Source: a virus (Duplodnaviria > Caudoviricetes). Taken from it: DNA of 37,348 nt. The translations under genes and the position numbers were made by a program. The first letter of the stretch is position 1. Every line of letters starts with the position of its first letter. Of the stretch, positions 16,913-27,056 are shown piece after piece. The notes under the pieces were generated by a model. The model worked only from the letters and a program-made list of their open reading frames with translations. It did no database searches and was not told where the DNA came from. The stretch is taken from positions 1 to 37,348 of the IMG/VR virus record IMGVR_UViG_3300025018_000065; one strand, 5' to 3'.

Positions 16913-17790
16913 GTTAGTACTCCTGTAGTTGAGCAGGTTATTCCGGATAGGCGCAGAGCCTGCCTGTAGTCTATTGTCACCTCATCTCCGTCTCGACCAC
17001 CGTTGCAGCCCGATATGTCCTTGAGAGCTACGAGGCTGACATCACCACTACCATGGAGCCGCATATATGCGTTCGGTGTTTTTGAGTGGTTTGTGTACCG
17101 ACCCAACGGGGTACGCAGTCCTTCGAGTCGTGCTGGTCCGATTACCTCATGGGCAGTTACGTTGGCAGTGGCGAACACGCCAGTACCGTGTATTGGGGAC
17201 TGGCCGAGTTTGAACTTCTGGGCACCCTCAGGCATAGGACGCTGGTCGCTGGTGTTCTCGGACTGTGCCTGAACTGTTTCTGCCGAGAACCCTGACCTGA
17301 ACAGTACATCAGCAAAGTCCACACGGTCTGCCTCATGCAATACGTATTCCGACTTCATACGCATCTCGTTCGCATCAACCCATGTCGGGGATTTATCCAG
17401 GAACATGCTTTCCAGTGCCTGCACATCACGTTCGGTCGTTGCGTAGATGTTCTGCCACACCACATCCTCCAGGATATACCCCATCTTGCGACCGGGTTTG
17501 CCTGTGAACATCAGGGGGGCCACTAGCTCCTGGGTAGAACCATCTTCTTGTAGCATGAGCACCCGGCCTTTAAGCATGATATTCACGTGCTCCTTGGTCT
17601 GGCGGTGCCCGATAGCGAACAGGCCAGCGCTCATAGACACTTCCCGTATGTATATGCCTGGACCAAAGTGGTGGACGACAGGGCAGTACGCCTGCTCTTG
17701 GGCCAACATGGTTTCTTCAGCGTGGTCGATACCTTGTGCAGTCAGACCACGCATGGCATCACCGAGTATGATAGATACTTCGTTCACCAT
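16909..17790 (-). CDS. Cupin-like plus SET-domain methyltransferase fusion
   Basis: N-terminal HHFGPGIYIRE..GHRQ..EH beta-barrel pattern; C-terminal SPIHGTGVFAT, RYTNHSKTPN, GDEVTIDY SET motifs. Confidence 0.8.
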   Translation of the reverse strand: MVNEVSIILGDAMRGLTAQGIDHAEETMLAQEQAYCPVVHHFGPGIYIREVSMSAGLFAIGHRQTKEHVNIMLKGRVLMLQEDGSTQELVAPLMFTGKPGRKMGYILEDVVWQNIYATTERDVQALESMFLDKSPTWVDANEMRMKSEYVLHEADRVDFADVLFRSGFSAETVQAQSENTSDQRPMPEGAQKFKLGQSPIHGTGVFATANVTAHEVIGPARLEGLRTPLGRYTNHSKTPNAYMRLHGSGDVSLVALKDISGCNGGRDGDEVTIDYRQALRLSGITCSTTGVLT

Positions 17791-18386
17791 GCTGGAATAT
17801 ACCGGGTTGTGCCGTTATCGTTGATAGGAATCCACTTGGTAGGGTTTCCAGCTACAGGCGCGTTGAGTAGGGTGCCAGCAGCAGCCGCAGCGCCATTGGT
17901 CAGTGCAGCAGAAGACCTGAGCATGACTCCTCCAGGTATAATCAGGGGTTTAGTGAAAGTGGCATTGGCATCACTGAGAGTTAGCTGCAGATTACCGTTC
18001 GCATAGAACGTCTGAAACCCACCCCACCCAGCGAAACCAGCGGAATGTCGGTACTCCCCTGCGCCTGCTTCGAACTGGCTAGAAGCGAATACCGTAGCTG
18101 GGCTGGAAGTATCTCTGAAATTGACACTACGAAAAGCACCTGCGGTGCCTATAACATTCAACCCAGTGAATAAGGCACTGCTGAAATACGTGAGTAGCGT
18201 AGCCTTCAGGTTAGCCCACGTCAGCTTCGCCAAGGCAAAGCTAGAAGCGCTATCCGCAAGGGGCAGCTCATCCGCGTCTACTGGTGTAGCCTTGGACGCA
18301 GCCGCGTGTGTAGCAGTAGCCACCAACGTGGCGTTCTGAGCGATAGCGTTATTCAGAAGCCCACGAGCCTCATCGTAGTGCGACAT
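17784..18386 (-). CDS. Minor tail fibre-like protein
   Basis: KATPVDADEL..ADS..KLTWANLK fibre-like N-terminus; within tail genes. Confidence 0.55.
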   Translation of the reverse strand: MSHYDEARGLLNNAIAQNATLVATATHAAASKATPVDADELPLADSASSFALAKLTWANLKATLLTYFSSALFTGLNVIGTAGAFRSVNFRDTSSPATVFASSQFEAGAGEYRHSAGFAGWGGFQTFYANGNLQLTLSDANATFTKPLIIPGGVMLRSSAALTNGAAAAAGTLLNAPVAGNPTKWIPINDNGTTRYIPAW

Positions 18387-18724
18387 CAGCTTACCTCACG
18401 ACCGCTTGCACGGATGGTGATGGCAGCAGCAGTACCCGCAAGAGTGCTGATGAAGTCGCCGGGGTTGAGCACGTGTCCGACTACTTCAGGGAACGTGTAC
18501 GCCTCGCCGGGCTGCAACGTCTTGGCCGAGACGATCGTGTTAGAAGCGCTGGCAGCACCACCAGAGGCCACGAGTTTGATAGTCAGCGTAGCAACAGCGC
18601 CCGTAGTGTTGGTACCTGTCACCTTATCGATGATAGTGCGTGTACCCGTTGGTGCGGTATACTGAGTGGTCTCAGCGTTCTGTGCTTGCAAGGGTTCGAA
18701 CAGGGGTTTAGCGGTAACAGTCAT
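18386..18724 (-). CDS. Virion/tail accessory protein
   Basis: AGGAG RBS; beta-rich Thr/Ala protein; synteny. Confidence 0.65.
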   Translation of the reverse strand: MTVTAKPLFEPLQAQNAETTQYTAPTGTRTIIDKVTGTNTTGAVATLTIKLVASGGAASASNTIVSAKTLQPGEAYTFPEVVGHVLNPGDFISTLAGTAAAITIRASGREVS

Positions 18725-18733
18725 GGGGTTCTC

Positions 18734-19120
18734 CTAGATCATGGTGCCTTGACGGATATCGTCCAGGGCTTTCTTCAACTCGGCTACAGTTTCCCGTAGT
18801 TCGGATAACTCGGTTTGTAGTGCCTCCACTTGCACGAATTGTAGGTATGGTATCTGGCTAATATCTGTGTCGAGTTGTGGGACAGTGCCAGAGGGGGTTT
18901 GCCCGAGCGCTTGCTCAACGGAGAACAGCAGTGCGTTGGTTTCACTGCTGCCTGCATCTTCGAACAGGCTAGCTACGATATCAGGGGTGCTGGCACCAGT
19001 GGCACCACCGATACGGTCGAAGACCCCTTGGAAGAATAGGTACCACTCTCGTGATATCATACCTGTCCGAGGGTCCGTTAGCTGCACCCGTGGGGGTACG
19101 AAGTGTAGCGGGTCGCTCAT
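18734..19120 (-). CDS. Tail needle/plug-position protein
   Basis: Directly after the gp10-like gene; DPRTG..SREW..FF; C-terminal coiled coil. Confidence 0.6.
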   Translation of the reverse strand: MSDPLHFVPPRVQLTDPRTGMISREWYLFFQGVFDRIGGATGASTPDIVASLFEDAGSSETNALLFSVEQALGQTPSGTVPQLDTDISQIPYLQFVQVEALQTELSELRETVAELKKALDDIRQGTMI

Positions 19121-20544
19121 GACATGCCCTCGGATAATTGCACGCTGGCACCGATGATAGCCACTCGTACGGGGTCTGTGATGGTGACTCTGAACACACG
19201 GTCTCGACTACGACCCAGCCTGCGCCATTTCACACGGGAGCGACGCTCTCCGAGCTTTCCGATAGATGCCCAAAGTTCGTTGCTCCAGGAGTAGCCACCA
19301 TCAGTAGACCACTGAAGCATCGCCTTGGGGTCGCTGCCTTGACCAGTGACAAGCCCAACGCCTGTCTGCATATCTACCTGCAATGATGCGAAGAACTGTT
19401 GCTTGTAATCTGAGCTGGATATGTGGGGGCACGAGCGGATTCGTGCAATTGGGTCGCCATTGTCTGTGAAGTAGTCTAGATCGAGTACGTACAGTTCACC
19501 AGTTTCCCAGTCACCAACAATCGTTTCACCTGCGAAGGCCATCTGGCATATTGCACGATCTTGCTTCAGGTCGCCTGTAGCTGGGTCGCGCCATGCCCGT
19601 TCGTGCCATAGATTCACAGCAGCGTCGTATACCCACGTCTTCTGTGCAGTGGGGAAGTTCAGCACATAGAACATGTGCCCCTCTTGCTGATACGTGTACG
19701 CCACAGCGTCGTCGATGCGTGGCATCTGACTGATAGCGAACTCGAGTGCATGTGTGCTGATACGTTGTGGGGAGTACCCTTGCGCACGCTGCACCGTGCC
19801 GTAGCCGCGCTCATCAGCGGTGAGCCAATACACCGTGTTATCCATCTTGGCAGGACTGAACTTCGCAGCGCATCCTTGTTCAATGAAAGCACCATTGATG
19901 CGTTCGAACGGGAAGTCTACGTTGCCACTGTTAAAGAATACCTCAGTGCTGGTTTCCCCGAATAACCATATCTCTCGATGGTCCACCAACAGAGACAACA
20001 GCAAATCTGGGGCACCTTCAGCGGTAGCAAAATCCAATGGATCAATGGTCGTATCATACAACGCAGTTATTTGGAACTGACCAGTACCTGTCTTGTTGAA
20101 TACGAAGTACCCATCTCCGAACTGCACCGTATCTGCACCTGTGAAAGCAGGGTTTACAATCTGTGCGAGCACCCCGGTTACGGGGTTCAAGGTGTACCCG
20201 TTGGGGCCTGTAACTATCATCACCGTTGTGCCGTTGCTGGCCATACTCACCGGGGTCGTGCGAGCATCGATTGTGCCTAGCAAAGTGCCAACACCTGAGG
20301 TATCAACCTTGTACACGTTGGCCCCCACGACTGCGAGACCAATAGCAGCAGTGAAGCGCAACAGTCCTCGCACGTTACCCCCTGCTAGGTTGCTCCACAA
20401 TCGCTTACCTGGAGTACCCAACAGCATCACGACAGACTTGCTCGTGGGCGAACCTGTCTCGGGGTACAGGTTCACGCACCGTTCTGCGTCGAAGGCAGAG
20501 CTACGTGCCGTGTAGCTGGCACCTACGAATGGGAACTGAGCCAT
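19117..20544 (-). CDS. Tail hub / packaged DNA stabilization protein (P22 gp10-like)
   Basis: NLYPE, DGYFVF, FATAEGAPD, GCAAKFS, YQQEGH.FYVL, WRRLG. Confidence 0.9.
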   Translation of the reverse strand: MAQFPFVGASYTARSSAFDAERCVNLYPETGSPTSKSVVMLLGTPGKRLWSNLAGGNVRGLLRFTAAIGLAVVGANVYKVDTSGVGTLLGTIDARTTPVSMASNGTTVMIVTGPNGYTLNPVTGVLAQIVNPAFTGADTVQFGDGYFVFNKTGTGQFQITALYDTTIDPLDFATAEGAPDLLLSLLVDHREIWLFGETSTEVFFNSGNVDFPFERINGAFIEQGCAAKFSPAKMDNTVYWLTADERGYGTVQRAQGYSPQRISTHALEFAISQMPRIDDAVAYTYQQEGHMFYVLNFPTAQKTWVYDAAVNLWHERAWRDPATGDLKQDRAICQMAFAGETIVGDWETGELYVLDLDYFTDNGDPIARIRSCPHISSSDYKQQFFASLQVDMQTGVGLVTGQGSDPKAMLQWSTDGGYSWSNELWASIGKLGERRSRVKWRRLGRSRDRVFRVTITDPVRVAIIGASVQLSEGMS

Positions 20545-20545
20545 A

Positions 20546-21250
20546 TCAGTACCCCCGTTGGTAGAGCGCCACTTGAGGCACGGTCAGCGCGTCGTCGTAA
20601 CCTGCCACCAGCAGAGGCAGGTTCGCACGCTTGTAATCCCCCTTGGCATCAGCAGCCACCTGGATCACTGTGTTGCTGGCTTCCACACCGAACTCGGGTG
20701 CGAACTCCACTGCAAGACAGTACCGTATGGCCTTGACAAAGCCTGGAGGCCCTGTCAGCGTGTCGGTCGCCAGCACGGGGAAGCTCAGGATGCGGTTCAT
20801 GGTCAGCGTCAACGGCATGGCAGCAGTTGGAACAGGCCACAGCGTGACAACACCGAGAGGGTATTCGTTCACGTAGAGCAGGCGCTCCACGATGGGCTGC
20901 TTCATCGTTTTCAGGTTGATTTCGTTGTACTGCTCCTGGCTGATAACCTTGATGGGGAAATCCACGCCAGAGAAGTTGCAGTAGGCGTCATCGATATCCT
21001 GAGGCCGGGTCGTAACCCAATTACCTGTAGGGCCGATGGTGTACACCGACTGATTTGCAACAGTGTTGAAGGTCTGGTTGCTGGAACCCCACACAGAGAG
21101 GGTTTCAGTGGACCAGTTCTCCAACATGTCGTTGAGCACCAGCAGACCGTCGGTGACCTCGTCAGCCGTTGGGGTCTCGCCAGTGGCGATAGCGCCGATA
21201 AGACGCATGGACGACCGTATGAGGTCGGATACAACGATACCGCTGGGCAT
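20546..21250 (-). CDS. Head-tail adaptor (P22 gp4 position)
   Basis: DLI..SMR.IG....ETP, DGL..LNDML..W, LAVEFAPEFG. Confidence 0.8.
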   Translation of the reverse strand: MPSGIVVSDLIRSSMRLIGAIATGETPTADEVTDGLLVLNDMLENWSTETLSVWGSSNQTFNTVANQSVYTIGPTGNWVTTRPQDIDDAYCNFSGVDFPIKVISQEQYNEINLKTMKQPIVERLLYVNEYPLGVVTLWPVPTAAMPLTLTMNRILSFPVLATDTLTGPPGFVKAIRYCLAVEFAPEFGVEASNTVIQVAADAKGDYKRANLPLLVAGYDDALTVPQVALYQRGY

Positions 21251-21259
21251 GTGTGCTCC

Positions 21260-21874
21260 TTAGTTCTTGACAACAACGAAGTCGAAAGGCCACGTAGCAC
21301 CAGCAGCGATGTTCACCGTTACGGTGAAGGAGCCTGCTGCTGTGACGACTGACCACAGAGTAGGAGTGCCAATGGCGCGGGGCTGGATGAACACATGGTC
21401 AGCAGCCGCAACAGCGGAACTGGTCACGACGACCGTGGTTGCAGCAGCCGCGATAGCTGCACGACCCGAACCAGAGTTGTTCGTGACGTTGCCTGGAGTA
21501 CCCGAGGAGTCGGTACCAGTGATGGCCAGCGTGGTGAATGCACCCGTGTTGCGAGTGGCAGCGCCGACAGTCACGTTGTTGATAGACCCACCAGTGGCAG
21601 CGACGGCAGCAGGGTTGTAGGTCGAGTCCGTGAGTACAGGTGACGCACCCACGACATACTCTGTTTCACCTACCTGTGACAACACCTGGACCGTTGTAGC
21701 AGCCACGTAGGGGCCAAACACCGACTGACCATCAGAGACAAGTCCTGTTGGGCCACCGGGTAGTCCTGACGGGATAAGGATTTGCGCCTTGGCACCACGG
21801 AGAGCCCCTACACGGATGCTCTGGCCTGCTGGGATGACCACATCTGCGGTCTGGGATTGTTGGAGAAAGGGCAT
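21260..21874 (-). CDS. Virion structural/decoration protein
   Basis: Ala/Thr/Val-rich beta protein in head-tail region; AGGAG RBS. Confidence 0.6.
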   Translation of the reverse strand: MPFLQQSQTADVVIPAGQSIRVGALRGAKAQILIPSGLPGGPTGLVSDGQSVFGPYVAATTVQVLSQVGETEYVVGASPVLTDSTYNPAAVAATGGSINNVTVGAATRNTGAFTTLAITGTDSSGTPGNVTNNSGSGRAAIAAAATTVVVTSSAVAAADHVFIQPRAIGTPTLWSVVTAAGSFTVTVNIAAGATWPFDFVVVKN

Positions 21875-21905
21875 TTGGTAGCTCCTATGGGGTTAAAACG
21901 TCTGG

Positions 21906-22016
21906 GCGAAGGGCAAAAACCATCGTAGGCTGCGTTTTTGGGTCCTTGGCTAGGGGCTGGCATAGGTTTGGGGCCATTGCAGCCCCAAAACCAGCCATTT
22001 AGATACCGATGGTATC
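21906..22016. repeat. ~110-bp dispersed non-coding element (copy B)
   Basis: Matches the architecture and spacing of 9101-9210. Confidence 0.65.
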
Positions 22017-22020
22017 GGGG

Positions 22021-22221
22021 TTACTTGCCGTTTTTGGGCTTGAGCACGACCTTGGTATCCTCTTCGACAGCTTGAGCAGCCGCTTTCGCATCAGCAGCGT
22101 CTTTTTCAGCCAGCTCGAGTTGCTCGACTTCCCAGTCTTCCAAGAGCTTCTGCTCTTCCTTCTCGTTCTGAACGAGGACAGCCCCGATGCCGGGTGCGCG
22201 TGTGATCCATTTGGGGAACAT
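22021..22221 (-). CDS. Small hypothetical protein (post-capsid)
   Basis: GGAG RBS; FPKW..V.NEKEE pattern. Confidence 0.65.
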   Translation of the reverse strand: MFPKWITRAPGIGAVLVQNEKEEQKLLEDWEVEQLELAEKDAADAKAAAQAVEEDTKVVLKPKNGK

Positions 22222-22273
22222 GGTGTAATCTCCGTGTGTTGATAAAGTGTTGAGGAGTACTCAGGGTCTGGCG

Positions 22274-22319
22274 GTGGTGGTACTCCAAGGGCTTAAAAGC
22301 TGCCCTGGAGTACCACCAC
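22274..22319. repeat. Long inverted repeat (hairpin), related to 29605-29652
   Basis: GTGGTGGTACTCCA ... TGGAGTACCACCAC, perfect 14-bp stem around GCTTAAAAGC. Confidence 0.75.
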
Positions 22320-22328
22320 TTGAGCCTA

Positions 22329-22724
22329 TCAGTTGGAAGGCGTCATGCCGAGTGGGTCAAGAACAGCCCAATCCACCACGGTGATCGCTGTAGCATTCGC
22401 GTTCATGTAGATGGTGAAGGAGCCAACAGCAGGCACCACACGAGCGACGTACAGAGCAGTACCGTCAGCAGCAGCTTGACCGATGCAGGCCCAGATTTTG
22501 GTACTGGCATCGACTTGTGGGTGAGAGATAGTAACCGAGCCAGCAGCAGCAGCCACAGCAGCGGAACCCTGGAGGGCGAGCGTTGTGGTGTTGCCAGCAG
22601 TCGGCAGAGCAGCGGAAGCAGTAGCGAGGCCTTGAGCAATGAGAGCAGCTTCAACACTGCTAGCGAAATCAGCGACAACACCAGCGGGATAGCCCATATA
22701 GGCGCGACCAAGAAGAACGGACAT
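22329..22724 (-). CDS. Putative capsid decoration protein
   Basis: Directly after the coat gene; AAGGA RBS; Ala/Val-rich. Confidence 0.6.
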   Translation of the reverse strand: MSVLLGRAYMGYPAGVVADFASSVEAALIAQGLATASAALPTAGNTTTLALQGSAAVAAAAGSVTISHPQVDASTKIWACIGQAAADGTALYVARVVPAVGSFTIYMNANATAITVVDWAVLDPLGMTPSN

Positions 22725-22757
22725 GATGTATTCCTTGAAAGATTGATGAACGAATCA

Positions 22758-22777
22758 GTGGGGGCCGAAGCCCCCAC
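22758..22777 (-). terminator. Hairpin after coat gene (UUCG loop)
   Basis: GTGGGGGC-TTCG-GCCCCCAC on minus strand; weak U tract. Confidence 0.55.
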
Positions 22778-22784
22778 AACGACT

Positions 22785-23996
22785 TTAGGTCGCGTACTTG
22801 ACAGACAGCTCTGGGTACGTTGCAGCCCAACCGAACAGCACGTCGAGACGCATGATGCTGTTGTCGTTGACACCGTCGTAGAACTCAGTGACCTTCACGG
22901 TGAAGCCCTTGTAGGTTTCCTGAGCCACGTCGATGACGCCCTTGCCACCTGGAGGAGCCCACATTGGCACCATCGCCAGAGTGAAGGCATCCTTGTGGAA
23001 GCCGACGTTCGCTTGGTACGCACCGGACACAGTACCGAAGATGACGAACGGAGCACCAGTGGTCGGCGAAGCGGTAACGTTCTGGAACGCGCCAGAGGTA
23101 ACGATCGCAGGGCTGATAGGCAGCACCGTTGCAGCAGCAGCCACGTCAGCAGTGACCACGAACTGAGCCAGCACGCCAGTAGACACACGTGACTGAGGAT
23201 TAACCGCGAACACACCGGGGAGGGTGATCACAGATCCACGAGTGATCGTGCCTGCCAAGCCCACAACAGTGATGTTCGAACCTGTCTGACCAGCACCGTT
23301 GATGTTGGTGCCTGCAACAGCTTGCGTACCGTTCACGTGAGTATCAACGTTCTGGTCCATGGCGTAAGCCAGACCCAGCGAGTCAACCATCATGCCGGAG
23401 CCGAACTGCTTGCTGATCTTGTCACCACTGTTGAACAACCCTGCGAAACCTTGGATGGTTGCAGCGTTGAGCGCAGGAGACATGATCAGACCACGACGCT
23501 TGTCGCGAGGAGCAGCCATTTCGTCCAAGCGCTGGTTGATACCCGTGATAGCGGCGAGCGCCAGAGCTTGAGTGTTGGGCAGCGTGCCGGGAGTGCCGAG
23601 GGTGTTGAAGGTAGCTTGGCGAGCCAACTGCAGACCCTGACGGTCAATCTCGTTGGCCACGGTAGCCAGAGCAGCTTGCAACTTGTCTTCGAGCTTCTGC
23701 AGGGACAGAGTGCGTTCCAGCGAAGTGAAGTTCAGGTCGCAACCACCTTGGCTCAGGGTCAACGGGGTTGTGGTTTCAACCGTTGCTTGAGGCAGTGCCA
23801 CGCGACCAGCACGGTACGTGTAGCGAGGAGGACGCTTGATGTTGATGGTTTGACCGGGCGAGTAGCCACGGGACTGGTTGCCCGTGAACTCATCTTCCCA
23901 GTCGCGATTGACCATGCCCGCGAATGCGACCATGTTTTCCAGAATTGCCAGTGATTCTTTGGCAACGATGGAGCAGGTGACAAGAGTATTCGTCAT
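22785..23996 (-). CDS. Major capsid protein (P22 coat-like)
   Basis: 403 aa; L.ILEN, VNR, G.TINIKRP, FHKDAFTLA, RLDVLFG. Confidence 0.92.
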   Translation of the reverse strand: MTNTLVTCSIVAKESLAILENMVAFAGMVNRDWEDEFTGNQSRGYSPGQTINIKRPPRYTYRAGRVALPQATVETTTPLTLSQGGCDLNFTSLERTLSLQKLEDKLQAALATVANEIDRQGLQLARQATFNTLGTPGTLPNTQALALAAITGINQRLDEMAAPRDKRRGLIMSPALNAATIQGFAGLFNSGDKISKQFGSGMMVDSLGLAYAMDQNVDTHVNGTQAVAGTNINGAGQTGSNITVVGLAGTITRGSVITLPGVFAVNPQSRVSTGVLAQFVVTADVAAAATVLPISPAIVTSGAFQNVTASPTTGAPFVIFGTVSGAYQANVGFHKDAFTLAMVPMWAPPGGKGVIDVAQETYKGFTVKVTEFYDGVNDNSIMRLDVLFGWAATYPELSVKYAT

Positions 23997-24024
23997 GTTG
24001 AAATTCCTTCAGATTACAGATTGG

Positions 24025-24873
24025 TTACTGCGCCCAGCGAGCGCCTTGGGACTTGCGTTGAGCCATGTATTCACCCATGCTGGCTGTTGCCAACGCTGGC
24101 TGAGTAGCACGACCCTGCGTCACCGTGGTGCTCGCTGGCGCTGGAGTGGTGCTGAGCTTCTTGCTTGGCACCACCGGAGCCGTCTTGGTCGGGAGCGTAG
24201 CCTCCAACTTACCGATCTCGCGAGCGGCTTGCATGGGGGTCATACCGTTGAGGCTCTGCAGTACATCCGGGTTCTTGGCGAAGTGATAGGCCAGCTCTGG
24301 TCCCCGATCGCTTTCCATGAGTGCTTCGCCTACGTGGTTAGCTATGGGGGTTTCTGAGGCCCCCACCACTGCATCGTAGTCTGGCAACACGGCACGAGTG
24401 GCGACCTGACGTTCTGCGAAGGTCTGGCTTCGGGTTTCAGCAACCTTGCGGGTACTGTCCTGTTCCATACGCTTCGCCACTGCCTGTTCGGTCTTCCAAT
24501 CGGTCAAGGCTTCAACGTAGTCACCGTAGTCGTCGTACTTGTCAGGGGTAGGCTTTGTGGGCGCAGCCGGAGCCGATTGTTGCGCCTGACCCTGTTGGGC
24601 AATTCCTCGCCAGTATGATGCCTCGCGCTCAGCCTCACGGCGAGCACGGGTAAGTTCGTCGATACGAGGCTGAACGCCTTTGAAGCGTCCCTTCTCGTCC
24701 CGGTCGTTCTGCTGGCCTTCTTCAGCCTGCTCTTCGACCTTTACGTCTTCGGTTTGAGCTGCTTCTACCTTGGGGGCCTGCTCGGGTTGATCGAACGAGA
24801 TTGTCGTTGTCTCAATCTTCGGGGCTTCTGTTTGGCTTGGCTGCTCGACTTGTGTGGTTTCCTGCACGCTCAT
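24025..24873 (-). CDS. Scaffolding protein
   Basis: VQPRIDELT..RREAER, GPELAYH.AKNP, REIGKLEA; between portal and coat. Confidence 0.85.
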   Translation of the reverse strand: MSVQETTQVEQPSQTEAPKIETTTISFDQPEQAPKVEAAQTEDVKVEEQAEEGQQNDRDEKGRFKGVQPRIDELTRARREAEREASYWRGIAQQGQAQQSAPAAPTKPTPDKYDDYGDYVEALTDWKTEQAVAKRMEQDSTRKVAETRSQTFAERQVATRAVLPDYDAVVGASETPIANHVGEALMESDRGPELAYHFAKNPDVLQSLNGMTPMQAAREIGKLEATLPTKTAPVVPSKKLSTTPAPASTTVTQGRATQPALATASMGEYMAQRKSQGARWAQ

Positions 24874-27056
24874 TGCGCGATCTCCGGCCCGGATTCAGCC
24901 ACTCCGGTAGGGGCACCCTGTTGCGCCTGATCTGCAGGGGGGTATCCTGCAGGGCGAGTAATAGATTGAGACGCATTGTTATCGTCCTCGGCAAGGTCTG
25001 CTGAGACATCAGCGACCAGTGCGGGAGGGGGCTGCATCTTGACGAGTAGCATCTGGATCATGCCCTTGAGCTCTTCGACGTCTTCCTTGCTCTCAGCGTT
25101 GATCTTGGCGATGGTAATCTGGGTCTCAGACTGCAGACGCGCCTTGTCCATGCCCGTGTTGGCATCAGACAGCTCCTTGCCCATCTGCTGCATCTGCTGG
25201 TCCATCTGTGCCAGCATGGGGCCGACCTGATCCTTGGGCATGGGGCCTTTCGGCGTGTCCACCATGTTGGCATCAGTGCCCTCACCACCTTCGTCATCAC
25301 GGAGCTCGGGAGGCATGGTCTTCTCGATACGGTCAGCAATTTCCTCAGACATAGGCCAATCCATAGAGCGCACGATCTTGTCACCTGCAACGTCCATCAG
25401 CTTCGGCCAGCTCTTGGCTGTTTGGATCATGCCATCCACTGCTTCCTGACGCAGCGTATCGTAGCTCGGACCCACGCTGATGGTCACTCCGTAGTTGGCT
25501 ACGCTGGACATATCGTTCATCAGCTTCTCAACTGCCTGCCCTGTCTCGTCTTGCTCGACTGTGGGCTTGTTCACCTCCACCGACTTGACCTTGCCATCCA
25601 TACCCATGATCTGCATGGTGCGAGTACCGTCGTACACCTTGGGCCACATGTTCAGGATGCAACGACCCACGTGACGCAGTGTGGTGTTCAGGTTGTCGAT
25701 GTAGTGGTAGTTGGCTGTTTCGCCCTGACGGTCACGGCGACCGATAGCCACGCCACTGGTTTCGTTAGACCGGGCACCCAGAGATGCATCGAACAGGCCA
25801 GTGGTGCTCTTGATGTCGTCGCTGGCGTGCGCAGCCATTGCCAGTACACCAGTAGGTACGTCTGCCATGTGTTGACGCTGGGGAGGGGGTGCAAGCTGGC
25901 CAGCGAGGGTCTTGGGCTTGTACTCCAAGTACGGGAACGAACGCACGTTGGCTTCACGCCACTTGGACTCATGGCCCTCGAACTGGCCTTCTGCACCGAT
26001 GAACGGGGCCTTGGGGATGAGGCCTACCTGTTCCGTGGCGCTGGTCATCCAGTAGTTGTACATGCGAGCAGGGTCTTTCGCGTTGCGGATCATGCCACTG
26101 CGATACACCCTACCATCCAGGTCAATCTCATCACCCACCACTGGGAACACCGGAATCCACTTGCATGGGATGTCAGCACGCTCCAGCACTTCGGTAGCGC
26201 TGAGCTTGAACCACTGCACAGTAGGACGCAAGCTCTTGCGTGTCTTGACTACAGTAACGCCTTCAGGCATCTCGATGAGCTTGTCCTTGTACCCACTTTC
26301 ACCGTTGCTGAGCAGCACCGTGTCCACCTTCTCGTAGTGGATGCGGTAGTACTCGGCCACACGCACTTCGGTAGCGGTGATCCAGTCGTTGGAGCGGTCG
26401 CCTAGGCCACGCACCACACCGAAGTCACAGGGGTCGCAGTCAGGGTGCTCCAGCACGAACTCGGTACGTGCCTGCTTCGAGGACAGGATACACCACTGCT
26501 GGTCGGAGCCATCAATCTCAACGCAGCCGGGGTCCATGTACACGGTGAACGGGTTCCGTATGCGCTTGAACTGAATCTCTTGGTCGAAGCTGCTGGGGTC
26601 CACATAGTCAGTGACCAAGCGGAAGTATCCGAAGCCGATGGCTGCGGCACTGTTCACAGCAGTGTCCTTGGCTACGTCGGCGTTGCTGGCGTACTCGATG
26701 TGGCGTATGCCACCCTGCACCACTTCAGCCACCTTCATGTCCTCGTCATTCGTGGGGTGTACCTTGATGCTCGGCACGTTCTGTCGCTGGCTGTTGGTCA
26801 CCTGATGCAGTGATGTAGGCAGCTTGTTGATGGTCAGGCAGGGTCGGCCATCCAGCGCACGCTGCTGCTTGATGCGTTCATCCCACTGGTCGCCCTTCAG
26901 GAAGGCAAGGTCGTCAAGACCGTTGGTGCGGTTCTCGCCATCTGCTGCCATGCTGATGCGCATGCGGTCCATGCACTCGGCGATGATGGCTGTATCATCT
27001 TTCGTGTCGGCCTGCTTATCGTGGTCGACTTGGGTCTGGTCTGGGGTGCTGCTCAT
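24870..27056 (-). CDS. Portal protein (P22 gp1-like)
   Basis: GDQW, RPCLTIN, G.IRHIE, KDPARMYNYW, SNETSGVAI, GPSYDTLRQE; start 27056 by ATGA overlap. Confidence 0.93.
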   Translation of the reverse strand: MSSTPDQTQVDHDKQADTKDDTAIIAECMDRMRISMAADGENRTNGLDDLAFLKGDQWDERIKQQRALDGRPCLTINKLPTSLHQVTNSQRQNVPSIKVHPTNDEDMKVAEVVQGGIRHIEYASNADVAKDTAVNSAAAIGFGYFRLVTDYVDPSSFDQEIQFKRIRNPFTVYMDPGCVEIDGSDQQWCILSSKQARTEFVLEHPDCDPCDFGVVRGLGDRSNDWITATEVRVAEYYRIHYEKVDTVLLSNGESGYKDKLIEMPEGVTVVKTRKSLRPTVQWFKLSATEVLERADIPCKWIPVFPVVGDEIDLDGRVYRSGMIRNAKDPARMYNYWMTSATEQVGLIPKAPFIGAEGQFEGHESKWREANVRSFPYLEYKPKTLAGQLAPPPQRQHMADVPTGVLAMAAHASDDIKSTTGLFDASLGARSNETSGVAIGRRDRQGETANYHYIDNLNTTLRHVGRCILNMWPKVYDGTRTMQIMGMDGKVKSVEVNKPTVEQDETGQAVEKLMNDMSSVANYGVTISVGPSYDTLRQEAVDGMIQTAKSWPKLMDVAGDKIVRSMDWPMSEEIADRIEKTMPPELRDDEGGEGTDANMVDTPKGPMPKDQVGPMLAQMDQQMQQMGKELSDANTGMDKARLQSETQITIAKINAESKEDVEELKGMIQMLLVKMQPPPALVADVSADLAEDDNNASQSITRPAGYPPADQAQQGAPTGVAESGPEIAQ

